A stretch of DNA of 64,000 bases from Phaeosaccion multiseriatum. Taxonomy: Eukaryota; Protista; Ochrophyta, other classes. The notes under the pieces are model-generated. The model did no database searches and was not told where the DNA came from. It was given only the letters and a program-made list of their open reading frames with translations. Each line of letters starts with the position of its first letter. Within the stretch, counting starts at the first letter, position 1. The DNA is taken from assembly GCA_965112735.1 (NCBI GenBank), contig OZ218956.1, forward strand, positions 744,001 through 808,000, in the 5' to 3' direction. Both the position numbers and the translations under genes were made by a program. This document shows positions 36,401 through 48,185 of this stretch, one piece after another.

Positions 36401-36737
36401 GTTGAGGAATATATTATTTCCACTGCCGGGGCTGTCAAGAGGGCACTCGGGGGTCGCTGGAGAACGTATGTGCCAAGCAAGAAGAGAGCAGGCGAGGGAA
36501 GGAGGGAGGGAATGAGGGCGACATGACTGTAAAGGCTCAAACAAAAAACTCATAACCACCTAACTATTTATCTTTCTTATGCAGCAGCAATTGCGCCCGC
36601 CGCCTCCACTCGTGGCCTTTGATTCCATCCGGCTGCTGTCCTTCCCTCTCAGGTCTCCTTTCTGAAAGAAGCAAGGGCTCCCACTCACCGTAAGCCGTCG
36701 CTGCTGCTGCAAGAACCACAGCGACGTACTTGTTCAT
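33403..36737 (-). CDS. Secreted non-catalytic protein with five tandem CBM4/9-like (galactose-binding fold) modules and P/T linkers
   Basis: The signal exon MNKYVAVVLAAAATAY (ATG 36737) splices in phase 1 to ATPECPL at about 36457. Five repeats of N.F.NPGF..GL..W...WHMQI.Q...G..YTLTF...IQQNG follow. Phase-1 introns at 35343-35217 and 34066-33940. Confidence 0.75.
33915..36430. repeat. Intragenic tandem duplication with 1277-bp period
   Basis: 33915-34650 is nearly identical to 35192-35927, including the intron; the remaining halves are more diverged. Confidence 0.95.
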
Positions 36738-37264
36738 GTCGTTCGCGTGCTACAGTAGTGCACGCTTCTAAGAAGAAGGAGAGATCCCCTCTCTTGCGGC
36801 CACGCCCCATGGTACAAACACAAAGTTTTTGGGTTTTTTTCATTTTTCATGGAAGATTCTGGGCTCTGCATCTGGAGGACTATGGAAAAGGGTCTGACCT
36901 TGGAAAAGGGTCTGACCTTCCTTCCAATTGGCAACATCACTGAGGCTTCGCCAGTGATGTTGCAGCCAGCAGGGGGAGGTGTTCGGGCACAAGGGAAAAA
37001 ATCTCTCCTTGCGCTGTTGCTTGGGTTGCGAAGGAGGGAAAACCCGTACCCCGGGGGAGCGCTCCTCATCGGCCGAAACCTAGAGCGTCCGCCGGGGCAG
37101 GTCGTGGTGACGACCGCCGCCGCGCTGCACTGCCCAAGAGAAATCCGTTACAGAAACACACCGGTGAGGGTGGTTATCTATATGGATTATGGACTATGGA
37201 AAGAACGAAGAAAGAAGCAGCTACGTTGTAGTCCAATGGGTGAGGGGGGGAGGGTCGGGGGGGA

Positions 37265-37392
37265 ATAGCTGATTCAGCGTGCCGGCTGGCGCCGGCCATA
37301 GCTGGTAGCGCGTCGGCTGCACCGGCGAATAGCAGATAGTGCACCGGCTGAGGCCGGCAATAGCGATAGCCCAATAGTGCGTCAGGGGTCGA
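37265..37392. mobile_element. Terminal fragment of the TCGACCCCTGAC MITE family
   Basis: GCCGGCTGGCGCCGG and GATAG repeats ending in ATAGTGCGTCAGGGGTCGA. Confidence 0.7.
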
Positions 37393-37829
37393 TTATGAAA
37401 GAGGAGGGTCACTAACCACACTCCACGGAATAGAAGCCGGGTCAGAAGAATCTAGAGAAGGGCCGCATGCAAGACTTTCAGCATCGGTGAGAGTTCGACT
37501 GCAGGCTCCGGACCCGCTTTAATCCATCAAGCCTCCCCCAGGAGTCTACTGCCCCGTGATCCGGGATGCCCACCACCACGACTCCCTTACTCGACGCATT
37601 CCAAGTCGTCGGCCCCCGACAAAGTTCGCAAAACTGAAAAGTGGATGGATTCGATGGAAAAAACCTGCCCGCTTGACGCTTTCCTGAAGCTGGAAGCTGA
37701 TTTCGATGTCGACTTCCCTCGCATCGAGATAGACTTGTACATATCGACGTCGACTTTGGTAGGTCTGAGAAGCAGGGCCGGCTGGCGCTGAAGCCTGGCC
37801 GGCTGGCGCCGGCCAGAAGCTGGAACCTG

Positions 37830-38413
37830 AGTACCTTGTCGGCGTCCAAGGGGAAATTCTACAAATTGCTCAAGCCGAGATCGGCCTGTCCAAAGCGCTG
37901 TCTATTGCATCAACCTGCAGCCCCATAGCTCTCGGTACAAGTCAAAGCTGATAGCGTGCCGGCCCTACCTCTTGTGCCCATGTACCTACCGTCATTACCC
38001 TCCCTACCCATACACACCTTTGCCGGGCAGAGGGGGCATGGGCAGAAGACAGGCGTGTCAGGGTGTGCAGAAAAGTGTTGCCTCTCTTGTCCTTCACGTT
38101 CACATCTGCGCCCTTATGAGCAACACTGTACTTCCCGGGCAGGTGTCAAACCATTCTCATTCTTCTCGCACACGCTGGTCCCAGCCTTCAGCAAAACCTT
38201 CACACGAGGCGCCCATGAGGCCGCAGATTGGCCGCAGGCAGGCACCAAGGCGGGGACCAAGGCCTGGTGACCACAAAAAAAGACCTTCAGCACCCTGAGC
38301 AGCTTCCGGCCTTCCCTTTCAGGCCCCTGCGCGGACTTGCCGCTGCAGCGCTGCGCTAACAAAGGCGTTCCATCCCCTTGCAAAAAAAAGGCGTCCCATC
38401 CCTCGTCTATCAT
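37830..38413 (-). pseudogene. Ankyrin-repeat gene remnant
   Basis: VKVLLKAGTSVCEKNENGLTPA, then after a frameshift KGADVNVKDKRGNTFLH, then ADLGLSNL*NFPLD with an in-frame stop. A MITE fragment lies at 37770-37826. Confidence 0.55.
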
Positions 38414-38730
38414 TCACGCCGGCGCAAACTCCTGACAAGTGCGCAAGACGACTAGAGCCATATCATAAAAACCTGAAACACTCACACGAAGAAGCTTTGG
38501 CTCTTTCGAAGCAAAAGTCACAACCAGGCAGTTGTCTTCGAGCACAGCGGTCCGCCTCATTCGTGTGGGCTGCAGCTCTCGGTCCACGCCGAGGCTTTCC
38601 CAAGCCAAGGTAGCCACTTGCTCGGAAGGACAGCTGACACGAAGCACGCTGGGGTTTAGAGGATACATTAGAACACGGCACTGCTTTCCGCCAAGTGAGT
38701 TTACAGGGACTTTGCTTACCAACTGTACAT
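38414..38730 (-). CDS. PCC1: KEOPS complex subunit Pcc1/LAGE3
   Basis: MYS|CVLRVSCPSEQVATLAWESLGVDREL.P....R......L.V.F......LLRVSVSGFYD; intron at about 38719-38649. Confidence 0.85.
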
Positions 38731-38814
38731 GTCCTTCTTCTGTTTATAAAAATGAGAGTGTCTACATTTAGTGGATGGCAGTGGAGGGCCAAAAGTGCTT
38801 TACTTTCCCCCCCC

Positions 38815-39023
38815 CCCCTGAACACTATACCCTACAATGCGTGTGTACGTCAGCCGGCCTTGACTTGGTGCCGAACGGCCTGCCAACCCCCCCCCCCCCC
38901 CCCCCCCCACCGGCGCCAGCACCAGGGCGCGCTACAGCGGCCGAAGCGTGCTATCAGACCCGCGTGGGCCCGACAGCATGCTATCGAGAATGCGTCGATG
39001 ACACACACACACACAGGGGTCGA
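38815..39023. mobile_element. Degenerate MITE (TCGACCC family) in the Pcc1/AAA intergenic region
   Basis: GTCAGCCGGCCTTGACTTG..CCGAACGGCCTGCCAACCCCC matches the reverse complement of 27403-27451; ends CAGGGGTCGAA. Confidence 0.65.
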
Positions 39024-39030
39024 AGATTGT

Positions 39031-41193
39031 ATGACTGCCGCCCTTAGATGTTACCCTGTCGTCGACGAGGTTAGCGGGTGCTGCTGGTCTAGTCAGCCTC
39101 TCGATGTCCTCTTGCCTACGGCGTTTTTCGCAGCCTCGGCAGGAGGAGGAGCGGCAGATCGTCCAAAGAGCGGCGGCCATGTGGGCATTACGCTGGCGGG
39201 GAGGCGAGTCCTTCTCGTGGCAGTGGCGGTGTCGCACCTTGCCGCCGACGAAGTGCAGCTGCATGGCTGGGTGCTTGACTTCTTCGCGCTTTCTCCAGGG
39301 GACCTCCTCCCTGTCGCGGCAATCAGCGCAATCTCTGTACTGCAGCCTGAGCAGCAGCAACAGCAGCAGCAGCAGCAGCCTGGAGGACTGAAGTTGGAAG
39401 TGCTGCTGCTGTCATCCGTTCCAGTGGCGCTGACGCACTCATTGGTGAGGATCATGAGACGAAGGCTACTGCACTGTGTCGTCGCGCAGGGCTGCGTGGT
39501 CGCGTTTGGTGCCTTTGGGTCGCTGGTGAGGGCTTACATCGACAAGAGCTCGTGGGGGACCGCACTGTGCAGAGTCTCTAAGCAGACACAGTTGGTGGTT
39601 GGGGTTGCTACTACATCACCTCCTGCAGCTCCTGGTGCAAGCGGAGCTTGCGCGCTCGTGGGCCGAGAGCGGGAGCTGTCCGAGCTCAGGAGATGTGCTT
39701 TGATGGCACTTCTCCCCACAGAGGTGCCTCGCGGAGCCCTGGTCTGCGGCCCCCCAGGAGTGGGGAAGACAGCGCTTGTCCTCCAATTGCAGAGGGTGCT
39801 TGGGGGTAAGGTACGATTTGTTCGCCTGCGGGTGGGCCTGGCGACTGTGTGGGCGCCGCCAGCAGCAGCAGCAGCAGGAAACGAAATCTTATACATTGTG
39901 CTGATCGAAGAGGCTGATTTGCAGCAGCGGGAGAATCCCACGGCGCTGATCCGAGCGCTCGGGGCTGTGGAGAATGCCATCGCTGCTGCAGGGTGCAAAT
40001 GCTTTTTCATTGGGGAAGCAAGGTCTTCTTTGTCGATGGGGGAAAATGCGGTGTTGTTTGGGCCCGGCGGCTTTCTGGAAACGAGGCTGGAGCTAACTGA
40101 AGCGCCGAGCGAGAGTGACCGGCTGGCGATGGCGCATCGCCTTGCGGAAAGAATGCGCATCCCAGTACAAGCAGGCTTGGCGCGCCGTCTTTCGCAAGAG
40201 ACTCCCGGGTATTTGGGTGGTGACTTGCAGCTGATCCTCAAAATGGCGTTCACGCAAACCCGTTTGCGGGCTCATCGTGATGGGTCTCCTCCACAACTGC
40301 AGTGGAGAGACGCGACTGTGGCCTTGCGAAACGTGCTGCCAACCTCTCTTGATGGCCTTGTAGATGACCGCTTCGTGCAAAACCTGTCTTGGCAGTCTGT
40401 TGCGGGGTACGATGAGGTGAAGCGCCGGCTGCAGTACCTGATCCAGTGGCCGTGGCTGCATCCCGAGGCGTTCCAGCGCATGGGCTTCTCCAAGGGGGGT
40501 CTGCCGGGCGTGATTCTGGCGGGGCCCAGCGGATGCGGAAAGAGCCTCATCGCCAGTGTGCTGGCCAACGAGTGCAGAGCAACCTTCATCAGGGTGCGCT
40601 GCAGCGAAATCATGTCGCGATTTCTGGGTGGGGCAGAGTCCAAGGTGAGACAGCTCTTTGAGAGAGCAAGACGAGCCGCGCCCTGCATTCTCTTTTTTGA
40701 CGAGCTGGACTCCATCACGCAGGCAAGGGGGGGCAGTGGCAATTCTGTTCTAGACCGAGTGCTGAGTACTCTACTCAACGAAATAGACGGCATTGACGCG
40801 TCTTGCCACGGAAAGGGCGTGTTGGTGTTGGCGGCCACCAACCGCATCGATGCCATCGACTCCGCCCTCTTACGGCCTGGTCGTCTGGAGCAAGTTGTGC
40901 TGGTCCCCCGCCCCTCACACAGAGATCGATGCGCCATCTTCGAGCTGCATACCCAACGGCACCACGTGCCGCTCGCCCCCAATGTCGACCTAGAGGAGCT
41001 AGCTGGTGAGCTCTACTGCCCTCCTGGGGCTGGCGGGGCAGACATTGCCGGTGTGTGTAGAGAGGCAGGCATGTGCGCTCTTCGGGAGGATTCGGATGCG
41101 CAAACCTTGGACAGGCGCCACTTTGTTCAAGCAATCGCACAGAGGTGGCCCAGAGCAAATGGCAACACCATGATAAATTCTATTGTACCGTAA
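39031..41193 (+). CDS. CDC48-family double AAA+ ATPase (AFG2/SPATA5L1-like)
   Basis: D1 has GPPGVGKT with a degenerate Walker B (VLIEEAD). D2 has GPSGCGKS, FFDELD and AATNRIDAIDSALLRPGRL. Intronless; start taken at ATG 39031, downstream of the MITE. Confidence 0.8.
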   Translation: MTAALRCYPVVDEVSGCCWSSQPLDVLLPTAFFAASAGGGAADRPKSGGHVGITLAGRRVLLVAVAVSHLAADEVQLHGWVLDFFALSPGDLLPVAAISAISVLQPEQQQQQQQQQPGGLKLEVLLLSSVPVALTHSLVRIMRRRLLHCVVAQGCVVAFGAFGSLVRAYIDKSSWGTALCRVSKQTQLVVGVATTSPPAAPGASGACALVGRERELSELRRCALMALLPTEVPRGALVCGPPGVGKTALVLQLQRVLGGKVRFVRLRVGLATVWAPPAAAAAGNEILYIVLIEEADLQQRENPTALIRALGAVENAIAAAGCKCFFIGEARSSLSMGENAVLFGPGGFLETRLELTEAPSESDRLAMAHRLAERMRIPVQAGLARRLSQETPGYLGGDLQLILKMAFTQTRLRAHRDGSPPQLQWRDATVALRNVLPTSLDGLVDDRFVQNLSWQSVAGYDEVKRRLQYLIQWPWLHPEAFQRMGFSKGGLPGVILAGPSGCGKSLIASVLANECRATFIRVRCSEIMSRFLGGAESKVRQLFERARRAAPCILFFDELDSITQARGGSGNSVLDRVLSTLLNEIDGIDASCHGKGVLVLAATNRIDAIDSALLRPGRLEQVVLVPRPSHRDRCAIFELHTQRHHVPLAPNVDLEELAGELYCPPGAGGADIAGVCREAGMCALREDSDAQTLDRRHFVQAIAQRWPRANGNTMINSIVP

Positions 41194-41239
41194 AAAGAAT
41201 ACTGTCTACGTAGTAAGATATTGTATGTACGTATAAGCA

Positions 41240-44200
41240 CTACTTGTTGGCCGCGTGTCGATGTCCCTTGAGAGCCGCCAGTCGCTGTTTGAGGGCGTTG
41301 GTGTCCGTGGAGGCCGCTGCTCCGGAGGGGAGGACCCCGACAGCGCGCCTGTCGACGACGTTGGTCTTAAAGGCCAGCGGCTCCACGGGGCTAGGCTTTC
41401 CTTGAGCCGCCTGCGCCAGTCTCTCCTTGATGCTCTGCACCGTCTTGACAGATTGGTTGGGCCGCTCATTCTCACAGCCGGCCCGGGGGGGGGCCTTTGC
41501 CAAATCCTCAGCCGCTTTTCTGTCTCTTTGCTCCATTTCAGTGACAATGAAAGTCTGAAAAGCAGGACTGAGATGCTCCAGATACGGAGCGAGGACAAAG
41601 CCTGGGGGCAGGGTCTGGAGGTAAGCATGTAGCGCCGGCATGTCTTTGGCCTTGACGAGTCGCGCGAGCTCCTCCTCCCAATTCTCCAAAAACATGCCCT
41701 GCTGAACAGCAGGCTCTGGCAAGGCGGGCCTCCGCAGAACGCAAGTCATTGGTAGGGCCGCCGCATCTAGACTTGCTTGCACCCTCTCGGGCGGAACGGT
41801 GTCTTGTACTTTCTGCCACACTCTACCAACGCAGTTTGTGATTCGACCTTGCAGCCCGCCGTCGCTTCCAGCAGCCGCGGTAGCAGCAGCAGACGCTACA
41901 TACTCATAGTACGTGTTCAGAGCCCTGACTAGCTCCACAAGCTGCGGCTGCTGTTGACCGTCCGCCATGTCCCTAGCCGGCGACCGCCACAAAGGGCGCT
42001 CCGAGACGCGAGCCAACAGCTTGAGGTAAATTTTGAGCGTCTGTGAAACACGTACACACACACACACAACCACACACAAGTGAGCGGAAACAATGACTCA
42101 GCGCAGAGCAAAAGGACAATAGACGATACCTTGGTATCCCGGTGGGTACTTCCCAATAGGCGGATGAGGGCGCCCTGCCCCACTGCTGCAGGCACGCAGT
42201 CTATGGTGGAGACGGCCAACTTGTTGAGGGCCTTAGTGATTTGCGGTAGAACCTCCTGATACCCCTCGAATGTCGTACGATTCTCGTGCACAAGCCGATC
42301 ATCCGTGAGCTTCCCGCAGACCGCCTGTAAGAGACGAAGCACACTCTCCACATCCATGCCCACCGCAACTTGGCGAACAACCACCATCAATGTCGCCAGC
42401 GCCTTGGTGATGAGACACAGGTCCATGCCCCCAGCCACATCCATTGCGTCTTTGGGGGATGAGCACACAAAGGCAAAGTCCACACAGTCTGAGAGGGTGC
42501 CCACAAGGGAGGGTGCTTGACTTGCCCGCAGCTTTCCACTGTCCGCCACACTATACAGCTCCTGAATCTCCTTCGACGCTGCGCTGTAGCAAGGCTCCGT
42601 CGCGTCAATAGGGTGCGGTAGTCGCAGCAAGGTCGCCAAGCTGGTCAGTAGGTCCGCTTCTCCAAAGCCCCCCCCCCCCGCCAAGTCCTCCTCCTTGAAC
42701 TGAAAGAGGTCTTCCGCGTCCGCGCACGACGCATTCGACACCTGGTCCGAGGCGGTCTCTGACAGGGAGGAAGAGTCCAAACGCAAGTGGTCGAGGTCTG
42801 CACTGTACTCCACGCCTCGCGCCACGGCAGCCACGGGAGCCGCGGGAGGAGGTGCCTTGCTTGGTTCAAACGCAATCGTCGGGAGAGGTGCAACAGTTGC
42901 CCCGCCAGTAGCGGGTTCGGCGCTCTTTGGCTTTCGCTCTCTGCCCAAGGCCTTGAGTCGCTCGTCAATCAGCGCCTTGGCCTTGTCCGGTAAAGGGCCA
43001 AGCATCTTGTAGAGCTTGCCGCTGTTGTTGTCCACCTGGGCGTAAAGAGCCTGAATGGAGCACAGCGCAGCGTTGCGCACGTCTGCCTCCCTGGCATCCA
43101 CCTGCTTGGAGAGCTCGCGAATACCCTTCTTGCTCACAACGCCGGCCCCACTCTGGCCGACGACTCGTGCCACCTGTATTCCATACATGAATGTCAGGTA
43201 CCAAAGGGGATAACATCACACAAATGACCTTTCACTCACCTCCTCGAGGCACGCCGTCTTGGTCCTGCTATTCTTGGAGCTGACGGCGACCAGCAGCATC
43301 GCCACGTACTTTTGCGTAGAGTACAGCCGACTGGCGAGGACCATGACCCTCCGAAATGCCACTCGAAACCGCTCCTTCCCCTGGCCGCTCTTCTCCAGGA
43401 CCGTGGGTAATAGCACGTCTGCCTCGTAGTCCGTCAGCGAGTAGCCCGTCTCGAGCAGCTGCGTTGGGGTTTGGTGGGGATTTTCGCACACGACAATACA
43501 AAAGAGTAGGTTGGAGATGTGCAGCCAAACGAGAGAGAAAAAACAAAACAAAAACTTCCAATGCCGTCCGCACGTACCATCTGTAGCGTCGCCTCGATGA
43601 CGGACATCAAGCGCTGCTGAGCTTGCACGTTTTCTTTCTCGCATAGAAAGAGAGAGAACCACTTGAACACTAAGTCCAGATTGTCCACAAAGGCACTGGA
43701 GCACGTGGTGAGGGCGTCTTGTAGAACCTCCAGCCCAGGCATTGCCCCTTCCATGCCGCTCGTCTTTGGCGGGAAAAGCTTCCCCACCACGCTGGCTGAG
43801 CCCAGATAAGGCGTGAATTGAGCCCGCAGCGCCTCCATCTGCCCGGTCCGCGGCTCATCAGACGACACAAACCACCTCTGCCGTTTGTCCTGCTCTTGCC
43901 GCTTCGTCTTGGAGCTGTTCCTCTGCATCGAACTACTGCTACTTCCAGCCTTGGGGGGCAAGGCCTGGGCCACCACCTCCTCCTCTTCAGGTCTTGCGGA
44001 GACTGGTGGGATCTTGGGACCTTTCCGGGCAAGCGTGGCGACCCGCGCGGCCGGTAAATTGGTAGGTGCCGCGTTCGCTGCTGGTACCGCACCTTCCTCC
44101 TCCTCTGCCACTGCTGCTGCTGTGTTCGCCTTGCCAGCGGCGCAGATGCGCTTTATAGCCGGCTCCATCTGCCTCTTGACGGCGGCTGCAAAGTCTCGAC

Positions 44201-47200
44201 TCTCCTCCCTCACCTTGTCTGCGGATACGTGACCGTTCCCCACAAAAAAGGCTAGACATTCCTCTGCCGTCTGGCGAACGGCAGCACTCTTGTCTTGCAT
44301 GCACGCTAGCAGCGGGGACACTTGAGCAGCAGCAGCTTGCTCCACAGCACCACCGCCGCTTGGGTTCCCAAACACAGCAGGAAAATGTCTCAGCTGCCAG
44401 AGGAGAAGGTCGTGCCTGCCCACCACATTAGCAAGAGCTGCCGACAAAAACGGCAGCAAGGCTTCCACCGTGGGTGCGTGAGTGGAGTCCCCTTCTCCAA
44501 CACAAACAATACTGTCCAAAGCGCTGAGTGCCGCGTCTCGCATGGACTTTTTGTTGTCCGCGACGCAGGCCAACAACTGCTCCGCATAGACTCTCCCAAC
44601 CTTCGGTGAAGCCTCCACCCCAACACTTCTCGACACTTGGGCGATGGCTTGCGCTGCCAAGGGCTTCAGGTTGGATTGGGAGTCTTGCAGCCTTGCACGA
44701 AGGGCCTTCAGCACTTCCACAACAGCTTTGTTGGGCTCAATGTAGTGGCCACTTTTCTCGCACGCCTTCACCACTTCTTCTAAGGCAGACTTGCGTCCTT
44801 TCCAAGCCGCCTTTCCACTCACGTTTCCCATCTGCTCTATGCAATCCTTCAAGGACAGGAGAGCGCTCAAGTCGGACCGAGGTAGAGCGGCCCCCCCCCC
44901 CCCCTCACCACCACCAGACTTTGCCGCACCAGAGCCTCCACCTCGCGACGACCGAACTGGCTTGAACGAGGACGAATCGAATCCAACCCTCCCGAATTCT
45001 ACGTCCAGCTGAGTCTTGAGAGCGGGCTTAATCGAGTCAGGTAGCATGCCCTTCACCGCCGGTCCGGCCTGGTGAAAGATTTGGCCCAAGAGCCCCACCG
45101 CAGAGGCCCGGATTTTGACATTGCCATCATCCAACTCTTTCACGCCAAACTCCGTCACGCGGGGAATAGAGAGTGCATGACCACCAAACTCAGTAACGCT
45201 CTGCTGAAGCCAAGCAAGTGCCGCTTCGTGCAGGGCCGGAACCTTGCTTCCCGCTGCCCCAGCCATGACCATTTTGGCACACACTGCTGGAGTGGTGGCC
45301 TCTGACGCTGCTGTCAACAGCCCACCTACGCAGTCCTTCAGCTTCCTATCGCCCAGCTTCTCCACCGCCGGACGCAACACAGCCCTTAAGGCTGCTTGGC
45401 TGATCTCGGCTCCCTCCTCCCCAAACGCATCCATACACGTTTTGACGGCCTCAAAGGCAGCCTTCAGCACGTTGAAGTTGGAGTCTTTAAAGCCCTTTGT
45501 ATGATCCTGGAGAACGACAATGAGAGGGGAGAAATACTTTTTAAAGTCCCTTGAGGCCGCCGCTGCCTTCCCCAGACCCTCCAAGGCCTCCCTGCGTTCC
45601 TGCCACTTGGCACTTGTTAGATTGGGAAGCAGAGCGTCGACTCCTTCCATCTCCCGAATGATATCCAGCGCCTCCTCTGAGCTCGGTAGGGCTTCCTCGC
45701 CGCTACTGTCTGAAGGTGTGGTGGTGGTCGACGAGGTATCCTTTGGCCTCCTGGTCCTCAAAGAGCTTGTCGCTTTCGTTGAAACTGAAGGACCCACAGG
45801 CCTTTTTGAAGGTCGCTTTTGAGACGCTGCAGCAGTCCCTTGCGTTGGTGCGACCCCTGAAACTTTCCCCTCCAAGACACCACCACCACCGCCGCCGCCG
45901 CCGCCACCACCACCACCACCACCGCCACCACCACTTGCACTTGCACCACCACCACGCAGTGCTCCCTGGATTCTCGTAAATATCTTCTCCTGCGATGGTC
46001 GAAGTCCTTCCACAAGAGTCCACACTGCTCCTCCTTTCCCCCCTCCCTCCAGCCGCTTTGCGGCACTAATCAAGGCAAGTATCGTGGCCATTGCCGCCGC
46101 ACGAACAGCAGGATCATTGTCTCGTAAAGACGAGAGTACAGCCTCTGTGCACTGGACGTAGGACTCGAGCTGCTGAGGGAACTCCGGGGAAGGGGTCGAC
46201 ACGCATCGTCCCAGCCACTCCATCACAGCGACCCGGGAATGTGCAGCCTTTTTGGCGTCAAGTGCCGCAACAATCTCCGGGACGATCACTTCTAGTGGCA
46301 GCGACGACCTAAAAACAGAGTCCAGATGATCGGCCAAAGGCTTCACGCACTTCTTGTCCTTCAGCTTTGAAATCATCGCCGCAGCAACTCCCTTCGCGTG
46401 GGGCGAGAATCCCTTTCGCAGACCCTCTGCGAGCAAACCCAAGAGCTTGAATGCAGTTAGCGCCACCTGCACATGCGAATGGTCGCCCAGCGCCTTGCAG
46501 GTTTTGACGAGATCGCTGTAGTTGCCCGGCATCAGCTTCGGCACTCCACCGATAATGTCAATGGCCTCCTGCAACCCCCCAACCTTTTCGCTCCACTTGG
46601 CTTCGCTTAATTTGGCGTGAAAGTCCGATTTCGGCAGCCTGGCCAACAAGTTCACCTGCAGTTGTCATTGATACAGTAGTCGGTATGAAGAAAAAGACAA
46701 AACCGAAGGCCTCCTCTCCTCCCCAAGCCCCATCTTACCGGCTCCACGAAATCTCTGGGATCAAACGCAGGTCCTCCCTCTTGGTTAGAGTCAGCCCTCT
46801 CAGACACAGTCATCGTCCCCGCAGTACCGGTCTTTGGCCTGCGGTGATGGGCGCAAGCAAGGGGTGGTGAGGTATACACTAAACCTCGGCGCCCCCAAAG
46901 GCCTGCTCCTACTTTCGGCGTACCTGTCCTTTCGAAGATAGACCGTGGGCGTCATCCTGCCAGTAGGCGTTTCGAGGGCCATCTTCTCGGCAATGGTAGT
47001 CTGCGTCGCCTTCTTTAGCCCCTCCAGCGCTGGCTTGAGTGGCTCTTCCCCCACCCACTTTTTCATATCCACCAGCAGGTCCACGGCAGCGGCCCGCACG
47101 GCCACATTCCTATCCTCGAGTATGGCAGGCATCTCACCAAGCAAGTCCCGCACAGGCATGGCGGGCACACCGAAGGAAGCGAGTGCCTGGCGAAGGCACT

Positions 47201-48185
47201 CGATGCACGCTGGAGGCACCTTGGGCTTGCGGTCCTTCAGCCCGGCTATGAGAGCTACCGTCACGGTTTGCGCTGTATCAACCTGCACATGAGGTTTGGT
47301 TTGTCGGAGGGAGGGTTAGGAGCCATCTTTCGCTCTCAAGTCTCCATCGCCCCCATCCACCCCACCCACCTCCATGAATTTCAGAAGGACACTTTGAGCC
47401 TTGTTTGCTGTTGGCTGTCGGCCGCTGAAGCCCTTGGCAATCACCACAGGAGCCAGGGCCTCTGCATTCTCGCTCGGGGAGGCGCATTTGTCGGCGAAGT
47501 GCAGTGCAGCCTCCAAGCCAGCGTCCAGGCAACTGGCATTGCTGTCTGCCACAAGCCCCTTCATAACCCTCGCTGTTGCATTGTGTTGGGAATGTTGACA
47601 AGCACAACACCAAAGGCCGGGCACGAAGTGTCAGCAGCACGCAAAACGGAGGACTGCGTCCCCCAAAAAGGCTTACCATACGTGTCGAATACAGAATCAC
47701 TAGCCTGGCTGCCCTCGAAAAGGCGAGCTAGCTCCTCGTAGGCCGGCTTACGAATCTTCCAGTTCTGCACAGACACGCATTCACAGGTTACACAACGAAA
47801 TCGAGGCGTAGGTCGCGAACAGCGCCACCCATACCTTGTCGGTGACGCGATCCGCCAAGGGACCTTCCGCAGCAGCGTCCGGGCCCGGATCGGGGCCTGG
47901 GGGCGAAAGCGCTCCAGAATCCGTGCTCGGACGAACAGAGGGAGCAGCCGCAGGAATGTGAGATGGCGGAGCAGCAGGCGGAGGCTCTGATCTCACGGGC
48001 TTGGGTAGGGAGGGCAGAGGCTCGCCCGCTCCGGCTTCCAGCTGCTCCTGACCCCCCTCCCCATCCTCGTCAAAGCGAATGGAGGAGCTAAATTGCTTCA
48101 AGTCCTCCACTGAGAACGCCTCCGATGCAGAAATACATTCCTTGCAGCGGCATGCGGCGTTCCGGGAACAGGCGGTGTCGCCCAT
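41240..48185 (-). CDS. CKAP5: XMAP215/ch-TOG/MOR1 microtubule polymerase (multiple TOG domains)
   Basis: TOG signatures NWKIRKPAYEEL, KWSEKV, KWQERREAL..GFKDSNFNV, WKGRKSALEEV and LTDYEADVLLP...SKNSRTKTACL; C-terminal LKQRLAALK. Confidence 0.9.

Noticed and set aside
36849-37268. 139-aa ORF containing a short direct repeat (GGAAAAGGGTCTGACCTT x2)
   Set aside because: No recognisable domain; it lies among MITE fragments upstream of the CBM gene, which is insufficient support for a gene.
38695-39030. N-terminal 112 codons of the 832-aa AAA ORF
   Set aside because: They overlap Pcc1 exon 1 and a MITE and start from a non-ATG codon; ATG 39031 is the more plausible start.
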